49,275 nt of DNA from Octopus bimaculoides (taxonomy: Eukaryota). Below, piece by piece: positions 1 through 11,238 of the stretch (positions are counted from its first letter, which is position 1; each line of letters opens with the position of its first letter). The stretch covers positions 89,870,761 through 89,920,035 of the forward strand of contig NC_068988.1 in the NCBI RefSeq assembly GCF_001194135.2, read 5' to 3'. The notes under the pieces are model-generated. The model saw nothing but the letters and a program-made list of their open reading frames with translations. It did no database searches and was not told the origin of the DNA. A program made the translations under genes and the position numbers.

Positions 1-77
1 TATATATATGAATGTATATATATATAGGTGTGTATGTGCATGTATATGTCTGCATGCTTGTGCACTCTCGAACATGC

Positions 78-78
<1 letters not shown>

Positions 79-152
<74 letters not shown>
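79..152. repeat. Compound (AT)n-(AG)n microsatellite
   Basis: Direct reading of dinucleotide runs. Confidence 0.95.
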
Positions 153-158
<6 letters not shown>

Positions 159-254
159 AGAGAGGGTTCGTAAATAAAGATATATAACAGATGATAACTT
201 TATGTATCAAAAAATGCTATGTAAATCAAAATAAACCTTCTTTCCTATAGTGTG

Positions 255-700
255 ATTCAATTAAGCCACCTTCAGCTTCAACACCTGCTTCTATATGAGA
301 CCTAAATCATCTGCATGCTTGAATCAAGTCGTCGTGGTTCATTTTGGACATTACTCTGGCTATGGCAGCTTTCATATAATTTTTGGTGTTATGGGCGTGG
401 TTATTGATCTCTCTCTCAACAACACTCCCCCATGTGATAGTCCAATGGATTGAGATCTGGGGCATTAGGCGGCCAAATGTTAGGGGTTATGGGATCATGA
501 AAATTTTCAGCTATCCATTCCTGTGTTACTAGAGCCATGTGTGATAGCGCAGATTCTTACTCAAACACATATGATCTTCCATTGCCTAGACTGTCTATCC
601 ACTGTTTGGTAAAGATGTCTATAACTCGATGGAATTTTTTTCGTTATGCAACAATAGTTGATTTCCCCGTTGATGCTACTTATTTATGCAAAAGCAATTT
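255..700 (-). mobile_element. Degenerate Tc1/mariner transposase C-terminus, DD37D (maT)-like
   Basis: Minus strand, with stops and a frameshift: YVFE*ESALSHMALVTQEWIAENFHDPITPNIWPPNAPDLNPLDY ... VVEREINNHAHNTKNYMKAAIARVMSKMNHDDLIQACR*FRSHIEAGVEAEGGLIE. There are 37 residues between the degenerate QD position and the D of NPLD. Confidence 0.85.
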
Positions 701-879
701 TTTCGCGCAGCGACTCATCATCCGCACTACAAAAAAGATTTTAAATAACTTATCTTTAGGAATACCATGCTCAAAGACCGGCAGGCCACAAGTTGCCCAG
801 ACTACTTGACTAGACTTATACAAATCTATAAAATCCCCTGTAAATATACTAAACCACATAGAAACATGTATGATGCACG

Positions 880-880
<1 letters not shown>

Positions 881-918
<38 letters not shown>

Positions 919-968
919 ACACACACACACACACACATACACACACACACACACATACACACACAAAC
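881..968. repeat. (CA)n microsatellite
   Basis: Direct reading; source of the HTHT ORF. Confidence 0.95.
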
Positions 969-2007
969 ACGTGTATATATTATAGAAATAAATAATATAT
1001 ATGTTGATATATTTGTATGTACTTTTCTTACTCTAAATTTATGCGTAATGTCAGATGTAAATTAGAAGTAATTTTTGCTATAGCCAAAAGACTTCAAGTT
1101 TTATTTTCTTAAAACGATGCACAAAATAAATCATTCTACAGAAATTAAAGTGAAGTGAGAATTTTGCAGTAAAAAAATGTATGACCTCGAGTATCAACAA
1201 GACTTTGAAACATAATTACTATAATGCAATAAAATATAATTTAAACGGCACATTTTAACCGATTATGTTGTTGACAAAAACAAAGGCGCCAACACACAAT
1301 AATGCAAACAGCAAAAATTCTAGGAGCTTTGATTGCGAGATTGTTAAACAGATATATAAATAGGAAAAATATACTTTACCTCGACGACTTAAATATCAAG
1401 AGCAGTCTTGCTCAGCTATATTTGGGACATAAATACTGAACTTAATATTTTTTTAAACAAGCCTTATTTCTGCATGGCTTCATAAGCAACTTACGATATT
1501 TGTCCATCGTTGTTTTCCTGAGATCATACACTGTCACTTAAATTTTGACTACATAAACAATAGTAAGTCAGAGTAAAATTTTCTTTGACCAACACCAAAC
1601 GAATACGTTTTGAGGAAAATAAATCTCAATGGTTGCTCTGTTTTTCTTTTTCAAGTTTGTTGCATAATCTTCGAATAACATGTTTTCCAAACGCGCTTTG
1701 TTGCAAGTTTCAGTTCGTTCATCGTAGAATGTTCAAATGTCTAGCAACAGTCTGTTACCGTCTCCTATATTTTAACCATAAATGATAGATTGTTTACAAA
1801 ATGATATTGTAAAATCCCAACCGCTAAATAAGACGTATCTACTCCTGCATAAATAAAGGAGGGTTAAAACGCAAAGTAATGCTTCTCTTGCTTAGGCACA
1901 ATAAATTATTGAAACAAAATTTTGGGTTGAGAAATACATTTATGTCGCGGTCTCAGAAGTATTCTGTGCGCGCACACTCACACATACACACACACGCACC
2001 CACACAC

Positions 2008-2043
<36 letters not shown>

Positions 2044-2059
2044 NNNNNNNNNNNNNNNN
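2044..2059. other. Assembly gap (N)
   Basis: N run between (CA)n and (TA)n. Confidence 1.
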
Positions 2060-2222
2060 TATATATATATATGTATGTATATATATGTATATACATGGTT
2101 ATATGTATATATATATAGGTACAGAAAGAGAGAGAGAGGGGGAAGAAATAGATAGATAGATAGATGTATATATGCGTAGACAGGCGCGTACGCATACGTA
2201 CACACATGCATGCATACATATT

Positions 2223-2254
<32 letters not shown>

Positions 2255-2258
<4 letters not shown>

Positions 2259-2600
2259 GTGCGGTGAATAAACTGTTGTCTAAATTACGCAAAAATGAAA
2301 AATAACACCAACATTTCGTTTTAACAGATGTATTTACCAAAATTACATTAAAATATCTTGAAATACTAAATAGTAAATTTATTCAATAAGATCGCCATTC
2401 GCTTCAACCACAGCCTCGAGACGATTTCCGAATCTCCTGCAACTTTTCTGGAATGTCTCCTTGTTTAAGTTGGTGAATCCTGTCATAACCCTTGCCTTCA
2501 ATTAATCTTTGGTGTTACAAAGAGTTTTGCGCTGAACTGTACCCCATGCATAATAATCAAGAGGATTGCAGTATGGGGTATTAGGTGGCCAAGCGTTAGG
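2255..2600 (-). mobile_element. 3' end of a DD37D/maT-like Tc1/mariner element with terminal repeat
   Basis: Minus strand: WPPNTPYCNPLDYYAWGTVQRK...NTKD*LKARVMTGFTNLNKETFQKSCRRFGNRLEAVVEANGDLIE*. The terminal ~140 bp (cagggtgcggtgaataaactgttgtctaaatt...) align with the left end of the 47433-48661 element. Confidence 0.88.
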
Positions 2601-3123
2601 TGCCGTCAGGCATAAATCCAGTCAGTGTATGTTATGCATGCGTATGTGTTTGCGTTTGTCTCAATGAGCATTTGTATGCCCTTCAATTTGTGAGTGATAG
2701 AAAGACATCTAAAGAAGTAAAGATACACAGCTTAAACTTAATCACATTACAATTAAATACCGGCTGAAAGCATGCGATCAGTTCAGCACGGAATCAAAGA
2801 GTGGATCGTAATTTGCCCAAATAGACGACTTAAACGTAAAATTCTAATAAATATTTATTATTTCAAACAATTCAAAAAGAAAGAATAAAAAGAAATTTCG
2901 TTAAATGAAGCTATAAGTGAATGCCAGACAATACAAAATGGTTTATGATTGCACAGGGAATCTTTTTAAGTCTTAATAACACTCTTCAATCATTATTAAA
3001 TTGTATCAGTTTTAATAGAAAGACTTTGTTTGAAGATATATGTGTATGTGTCTGTGTTTGTAAACAGACACAGACACACACAGACACACACAGACACACA
3101 CACACACACACAGATATATATAT

Positions 3124-3469
3124 NNNNNNNNNNNNNNNNNNNNNNNNNNNNNNNNNNNNNNNNNNNNNNNNNNNNNNNNNNNNNNNNNNNNNNNNNNNNN
3201 NNNNNNNNNNNNNNNNNNNNNNNNNNNNNNNNNNNNNNNNNNNNNNNNNNNNNNNNNNNNNNNNNNNNNNNNNNNNNNNNNNNNNNNNNNNNNNNNNNNN
3301 NNNNNNNNNNNNNNNNNNNNNNNNNNNNNNNNNNNNNNNNNNNNNNNNNNNNNNNNNNNNNNNNNNNNNNNNNNNNNNNNNNNNNNNNNNNNNNNNNNNN
3401 NNNNNNNNNNNNNNNNNNNNNNNNNNNNNNNNNNNNNNNNNNNNNNNNNNNNNNNNNNNNNNNNNNNNN
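3124..3469. other. Assembly gap (N)
   Basis: N run flanked by (TA)n. Confidence 1.
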
Positions 3470-5972
3470 TATATATATATATATATATGTTTTCGGCGTG
3501 AATGTTGTGAATGTTCTTTTTTTATACTGCACCGTTTTTACAATACCGTAAATACTAATAATGCTATTTTTATACAAGCTTGAAGCTGGTGGTGATCACC
3601 ATGCAATGACTAAGTAAAATAGTCTAATAAAGTGGCATATAAGCCCTCGACAGTAAAAAGAGGGCTTTATGCCTTTATTTCAAAAACCTATATGCTAACA
3701 ATACACCATCGTTCTGATATGATCATTTTTATTAACAGTTTCTCGATCTACCTGTCATAATGTTATCGCAGTGTCGAACATTAAGGTTCATAATTCCCAT
3801 CTTTTTCATCAGTTACCACACCATCTGAACATCTTTTTCTGAAGGTAAGATGATTAAACTCCTCCGCTAACACATGTAAAATTAAGTGCATATATTATAA
3901 TAATGCAGATTTTTAACGTCAGAACTTCTCCGTTATAACCTTGGTGCCTAATTCATCTGATTTATAGCTGTGGCGTATGTTGTGTGTGAAAGGTAGCACT
4001 GCTTCCAGTACCTGACATGCATACTCTTAACTAATTGTATAGTGTATGGAATTAATTTCTGCTATCAACTTCGAGCTAACTGAATATTTATAAGTAGTTA
4101 ATTTCATTTAGGATATAATATCGAAAATTTAATTTTAAATAAATAATCTATTAATAAATTCAACTTAAATTAAGGTGCATACAATTTTATCGCTTTATAA
4201 ATGGCCTAGAAATGCGATATATGAAATTTTCGAGTACAATCTATCATTATATGCAATGTTAAGCCGCTACATTCACAGAAATATAATTCTATCTTCCGTA
4301 CATTAATACTTTACAGTCCAATATATATATATGTATGTGTGTGACTATATGGATGCAAGTATATATGTATATGTGTGTGTGTGTGTGTGTATTGAGAGAG
4401 GAAGAGAGGAAGAGAGAAAGGAGAGATACATACACCTATGATAAAATTAGCAACTTGACACTTGCACATAAATTCTTAAGTTAATTTTCAGTTTTTATAT
4501 TAATAAATATATAAAAATATACATGGGAGTGCGTGTGAGATCGTGCCTGTGTATGTCTGTCTGTGTGTGTGTGTGCGCGCGCGCCTAAACTTTCATTTAT
4601 CTATTTTATGTATGTGTTAGTGCATACATACACACATATATACACGCATAAATACGCGCATACATACATACATAGATGCATACATGCATACATACATACT
4701 TACATACATAGATACATTCATACATATGTACATACATATATATATAGAGAGAGAGAGAGACGATAAGAAGACGGAGGAAAAATAACAAATAGAAATGTGT
4801 CTGTGATGCAAAAAAACATTATTTAATTAATTAAAGAAAGTGAGGGTAAGAATGAGTTTATAGGTGTTCCTGTGTACCATAGTTGAGGCAAATATGTATT
4901 TATCTCGTTCCAGACGTCATCAGAAAGAAGAAGGCAGACATAAACAAAAGGAGAATAGAGCGAAAGATAGAGGGCGAAATCGGAAAAGAAAAAATCCAGC
5001 GCACATTATAAGTAACTTAATATATATATATATATCCTACGCTAGCCTACGCCAACCCACATTATCAGTAAATAACTAATACACCTAAGCTACTTTCTAC
5101 AGTAGCCTACCTTCTTCCTATAATTCTTTTCTGTGGAGAACCACTAACTCTTTTATTCGTTAAATTTCCTCCTCTATCTTTTTCTTTACCTTTTCATCGC
5201 GCTCCTCAAGCCTAAATATTATTCCGCTACTTTGTCTTTATGCGCTTAATCGCACTCCTGCTAGATATAAACTTTACCCTCATTTACGGCTGGCTCTGCA
5301 AATATACGAACTACCCACATATCGGGTGACACATAGCTTCTATTAACCTCACCGGCTATCCCTAATTAGGGATAACTCTCTCAGATTACACCGGCGATCA
5401 AATAGCTGAACAGGCAGCCACGTGGATGTCATGATAATACCGAAATACGAGACTTCGGATTCAACCATCCTCTGTTGTTCAACTACCTCACAATGAATTT
5501 AATGAATTTTGAACACAACTAAAATGTAAGACTTTCGAATCATTGGACATTTTCTTTTCCGATTTCGTCCTCTATCTTTCGCTCTAGTGTCCTCTTTCTC
5601 TATCTCTGCCTTCTTCGTTCTGATGACGTCTGCCATTTGCAACAAGGTAAATACCTATTTGCCTCAACTATGTTACACAGAAACAGCTGTAACCTCACTC
5701 TAACCCTAACTTTGCTTAATTAATTAAATAATAGCATTTTAGCACCACAGACAAACGTCTATTTGTTGATTTTCTTCCATTTCTTACCGTCTATATATAT
5801 TAACTTACCTCCTGCCGTATACCTTATACCTAGAATAATACTTAATGAGGTAATTACCAGGAGTGCCTCTGGATACTTCTATCCCTTAGAGGGCTTAACA
5901 CCTCTAAATTATACCGTATATGTATATATACACACACAAACATATATGTAAATAAATATATATATATATATA

Positions 5973-6106
5973 NNNNNNNNNNNNNNNNNNNNNNNNNNNN
6001 NNNNNNNNNNNNNNNNNNNNNNNNNNNNNNNNNNNNNNNNNNNNNNNNNNNNNNNNNNNNNNNNNNNNNNNNNNNNNNNNNNNNNNNNNNNNNNNNNNNN
6101 NNNNNN
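5973..6106. other. Assembly gap (N)
   Basis: N run after (TA)n. Confidence 1.
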
Positions 6107-6349
6107 CTTTTACTTGTTTCAGTCATTTGACTGAGGCAATGCTGGAGTAGAGCCCTAAAGTGTTTCAGTCGTAGAAATCGCCCTCAGGACTTATTGTTTG
6201 TAGTTCTAGTACTTATTCTATCGGGCACTTATTCGAAACGCTAGGTTACGGGGACATAAACACACTAGCATCGTTTGTCAAGTGATGGCCGGGGGACTAA
6301 ACACAGACAAATACGCCCATAAATATATAGATACACACACACACACACA

Positions 6350-6380
<31 letters not shown>

Positions 6381-6562
6381 GCACATATATATATATACAC
6401 CGGGATTAATTCAGCTTCCGCTTACCAAATCCACTCACAAGCATTTGGTCGGTCCGAGGCTATAGTGGAAGACACTTGGCCAAGGAGCTACGCAGTGGGA
6501 CTGAACACGGAACCATGTCGTTGGAAAGCAAGCATCTTACCAAACAGCCACGCCTGTGCCTT
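6107..6562 (-). mobile_element. tRNA-derived SINE, family A
   Basis: Co-linear with copies at 10675-11078 and 47575-47940: head with B-box (ggttccgtgttcagtccc on minus), ttggccaagtgtcttc body, internal CA/TA microsatellite, gactgaaacaagtaaaag tail. Confidence 0.9.
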
Positions 6563-7247
6563 TATATACACATATATACTTATGCATAGCTTCTTCATCT
6601 GCACCGATTTGTAAGTATGGAATCGTGATGCATAATGCGTAGCATGTATAGTAGTACAGACATGACAATATAGTTTATTATGTACTGAAATTAATTAAGA
6701 GGAAAGCTGCGAAACAGCCGTAATCCTTAGGATGACAAGTGGGTCAATAGATATATTCACCTCCCATAACTTGTGACTTTTATGGTATATATTTACATGT
6801 GAGCGCGTATGTTTTGTGTATAAGTGTGTATATGTGTGTGTTTACATATATATTCATGCAAACATATATGTGTACGTGTGTTTAAATAAGTCAGCTTAGA
6901 TACCACTAAGCGAAGGTCAGTTAATATCTGTCCTCATAATCTTTATCATTTTTCACTCTACAGCATGTGTTGGAGAGCAGGAATATTATTTTGTATTGTT
7001 AATCAATTGTTCTTGAAATAATGCTACTTAGCAACAGAAATGTTACATTGTATTTATCACGTCACAAATCTTAGGTTTAATCGCGCACTCGAATGGTATT
7101 AAGTTTTTCGGTGTCTTTGTTTTATCCTATGTTGATCTTACAATATGCACAAATAACAGATTATGGATTCTTCAAGTGTGTGTCAGATATTATGTAAGAT
7201 ATTAAGATAGGCACACGCTAACATACACATATGTATGTATATATTTA

Positions 7248-7279
<32 letters not shown>

Positions 7280-8064
7280 NNNNNNNNNNNNNNNNNNNNN
7301 NNNNNNNNNNNNNNNNNNNNNNNNNNNNNNNNNNNNNNNNNNNNNNNNNNNNNNNNNNNNNNNNNNNNNNNNNNNNNNNNNNNNNNNNNNNNNNNNNNNN
7401 NNNNNNNNNNNNNNNNNNNNNNNNNNNNNNNNNNNNNNNNNNNNNNNNNNNNNNNNNNNNNNNNNNNNNNNNNNNNNNNNNNNNNNNNNNNNNNNNNNNN
7501 NNNNNNNNNNNNNNNNNNNNNNNNNNNNNNNNNNNNNNNNNNNNNNNNNNNNNNNNNNNNNNNNNNNNNNNNNNNNNNNNNNNNNNNNNNNNNNNNNNNN
7601 NNNNNNNNNNNNNNNNNNNNNNNNNNNNNNNNNNNNNNNNNNNNNNNNNNNNNNNNNNNNNNNNNNNNNNNNNNNNNNNNNNNNNNNNNNNNNNNNNNNN
7701 NNNNNNNNNNNNNNNNNNNNNNNNNNNNNNNNNNNNNNNNNNNNNNNNNNNNNNNNNNNNNNNNNNNNNNNNNNNNNNNNNNNNNNNNNNNNNNNNNNNN
7801 NNNNNNNNNNNNNNNNNNNNNNNNNNNNNNNNNNNNNNNNNNNNNNNNNNNNNNNNNNNNNNNNNNNNNNNNNNNNNNNNNNNNNNNNNNNNNNNNNNNN
7901 NNNNNNNNNNNNNNNNNNNNNNNNNNNNNNNNNNNNNNNNNNNNNNNNNNNNNNNNNNNNNNNNNNNNNNNNNNNNNNNNNNNNNNNNNNNNNNNNNNNN
8001 NNNNNNNNNNNNNNNNNNNNNNNNNNNNNNNNNNNNNNNNNNNNNNNNNNNNNNNNNNNNNNNN
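7280..8064. other. Assembly gap (N)
   Basis: N run; ORFs 7231..8157 and 7235..8077 are artefacts of it. Confidence 1.
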
Positions 8065-8426
8065 TTTACTTACTTAACCGGTTTCACTTTTTTAGAAAAA
8101 GATTATCAAAAGTCTTTGAGAATAATAAAAAATGTTAAAAAACAGGTTGAGTATTAAAATGCATATATACATTCTTTGATGATAATAAGAGGAATATATT
8201 TAAAGTATAAAGCTTTGTATGAACTTTGTAGTGTTACATACTGATTATCACACATTCTCTGATAATAAGATGAAAATGTTTAAAACAGTGTAAGTATGAA
8301 AATACATATATGGAAAAAATACATATAAATATTCTTTGATAATCGCGAAAAGTTAAGGAGGAACTGACCTGGCTTTTTTCTCTCTTGTGTGTATTGAGGG
8401 AATATATATATATATGTTTGTGTGTG

Positions 8427-8459
<33 letters not shown>

Positions 8460-8493
8460 GTTTGTGTGTGTGTATGTATATATGTGTGTGTCC

Positions 8494-8531
<38 letters not shown>

Positions 8532-9119
8532 ACATACATATATATCTGTATTATGTATATATGAAAATATATATACATACATATACATTTATATATGTTT
8601 ACACACATACATGCATACATACGTAAATACGTACATGGATATATAGATACAGAAACACTAATTCCTAAACTGAGAAAGTGAGACACAGAGATAGTAACAC
8701 AGAGAGAGACAGACAGACAGACAGACAGATACAGAGGTAGAGGGAGGCATAGAAAGAGAATGAGCAGAAATGAAATACATACGTATCACATTTTTATGCT
8801 TCTCTGAAGGTCTGCATAAATATAAAACCACATTATTTCTGTTTTTCCCTTAGCGTATGTTTTACGAAACACCAAATTCTCATAAATCATTGTAACACCC
8901 AATCAAGATCAAATGGAACTATTTGACATAATACGGCTAGAATTTGACGTAACGGTATAAAAATTGGGTTACTACTGTGGTCATAAATTGCTATTCAATC
9001 ATTTATTTTTTTATAATTTCTTTTGCACGGTCGTATTATTGTTTTATATATCTATAAGCATTCAAATATATGCGTGTTTGTATCCGTCTATGTATCTATA
9101 TGTATATATATATATATAA

Positions 9120-9164
<45 letters not shown>

Positions 9165-9571
9165 GACTTGTGTGTGTGTGTGTGGACTCGTGTGTCCGTG
9201 TTTGTGAGCGAGTGTACGTTAGTGCCTCTGCCTAGTTCTGTGTATAAAATAATAAATATATGCGCTATTAATTTTACAAACATATCGAGTTCAAACATAT
9301 TTTTGGGCCTCACTGTGGCAATAAATCCGATCGTATTTATAAGCAAGTGCAACTTGGCTGATTTTATAATCTTTAAAAATTGCACACCACTAATGAGGTG
9401 AAACTTTTAACGAAAATAACTATCATAATATTAGCGAATACATTACAGCTTCACTGTACAGTGCGTGCTCCAGTTAATTCAGTCTTACTCTTAACATTGT
9501 ATATTGCTTTGCAAAGTATAAACGATTGTATCATGCTCTCGTTTATATTCGCTATATATATATAGTAAGAG

Positions 9572-10004
9572 ATAAGGTGGCGAGATGGCAGAAACGTAAT
9601 CACGCCAGGCGAAAAGCTTAGCGGTATTTCGTCTGTCTTTACGTTCTGAGTTCAAATTCAGCCGAGGTCGACTTTGCCTTTCATTGTTTCAGGGTCGATA
9701 AATTAAGTAACAGTTACGCACTGGGGTCGATGTAATCGACTTAATCCATTTCTCTGTCCTTATTTGTCCCCTCTGTGTGTAGCCCCTTGTGGGCAGTAAA
9801 GAAATAAGAAGCGTTAGCTCACCAGGCGAAATGCTTAGTGGTATTTCGTCTGTCTTTACGTTCTGAGTTCAAATTCCGCCGAGGTCGACTTTGCCTTTCA
9901 TTGTTTCAGGGTCGATAAATTACGTACCAGTTGCGTACTGGTGTCGATCTAATCGACTTGCCCCCTCCCCCAAAATGTTGGGCCTTGTGCCTAGAGTAGA
10001 AAAG
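9572..10004 (+). mobile_element. Dimeric tRNA-derived SINE, family B, with 15-bp TSD
   Basis: Two head+body units (A-box tggcagaaacg in unit 1, B-box gagttcaaattc, gtcgactttgcctttc...gtcgataaatt body) with different tails. Flanked by tatatatagtaagag at 9557-9571 and 10005-10019. Confidence 0.9.
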
Positions 10005-10128
10005 TATATATAGTAAGAGGACACTAGGATTCAACAAGCGAATCTACACTTCGATTTTAACGAATGTTCAAACAACTTATTCAATTTGACCGGCTCTCTG
10101 TAGATGCTGAGAGTACTTTTACTTACAA

Positions 10129-10470
10129 GTGTGGCTGTAGGGTAAGAAATTTAATTTCCAACCACAAGCTTTCAGGTTCAGACCCACTGCATTTCAACTT
10201 AATCAGCTGTCTTCTGCTATATCCACAGGCCGGCGAAATGCTTCTGAGTGGATTTCATAGACAGACACTGAAAGAAGGCCGTCATATATACATCTATGTA
10301 TGTGTATGTGTGTGTGCCTGTGTGTGTTTTCCTCATCATCGCTTAACAACCGGTGTTAGTTTGTTTATGTCCTCATAGACTTAGTGGTTCGGCGAAAAAA
10401 GTGACAGAATGAGTACTAGGATTGAGAAAGAGGTACTGGGGACGATTTCTACGACAAAATCCTTCAAGCA
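10129..10470 (+). mobile_element. Diverged family-A SINE
   Basis: gtggctgtagggtaagaa head, caggttcagacccactgc B-box region, gagtggattt...actgaaagaag body, ttagtggttcggc...gagtactagg 3' part. Confidence 0.75.
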
Positions 10471-10552
10471 TTCGCTTAAACATAAACGTGTTCTCGCACA
10501 GACACACAAACTCTCTCTCTCTCTCTCTCTCACAATCACACACACAAACATA

Positions 10553-10586
<34 letters not shown>

Positions 10587-10674
10587 CATACACACACAGG
10601 TAAAAACAAGAATTTGGAGAGAAAAATCGTTATCACCAAGCCTAATGTGCAAACGACACAACGTGGATTCAGGT

Positions 10675-11078
10675 TTTATACTCTTTTACTCTTTTACTTG
10701 TTTCAGTCATTTGGCTGCGGCCATGCTGGAGCACCGCCTTTAGTCGAGCAAATGGACCCCAGGACTTATTCTTTGTAAGCCTAGTACTTATTCTATCGAT
10801 CCCTTGTTGCCGAACCGCTAAGTTAGGGGACGTAACCACACCAGCATCGGTTGTCACGCGATGGTAGGTGGTCAAACACAGACACACAAACACACACATA
10901 CACACACATATATACATATATACGACAGGCTTCTTTCAGTTTCCGTCTACCAAAGCCACTCACAAGGCTTTGGTCGGCCCGAGGCTATAGTAGAAGACAC
11001 TTGCCCAAGATGCCATGCAGTGGGACTGAACCCGGATCCATGTGGTTGGTAAGCAAGCCACTTACCACACAGTCACTC
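10675..11078 (-). mobile_element. tRNA-derived SINE, family A (near full length)
   Basis: Reverse complement gives gagtgactgtgtggtaagtggcttgcttaccaaccacatggatccgggttcagtccc (A/B boxes), body, and a (taaaagag)n tail. Confidence 0.93.
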
Positions 11079-11124
11079 AACGATTTTGAGAAAAATTTGT
11101 AATGATGCATTTACTTTTAGTTTC

Positions 11125-11127
<3 letters not shown>

Positions 11128-11170
<43 letters not shown>

Positions 11171-11171
11171 T

Positions 11172-11234
<63 letters not shown>
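11128..11234. repeat. (CT)n-(AT)n compound microsatellite
   Basis: Direct reading. Confidence 0.95.

Positions 11235-11238
<4 letters not shown>

Noticed and set aside
1378-1436. Strong minus-strand donor GAG|GTAAAG
   Set aside because: All frames between the nearest acceptors and the donor contain stops.
5367-5376. TAGGGATAAC, the first 10 nt of the I-SceI site
   Set aside because: The remaining 8 nt do not match; it is coincidental with the palindrome arm.
5700-5710. CTAACCCTAAC telomere-like motif
   Set aside because: Fewer than two full units; expected by chance.
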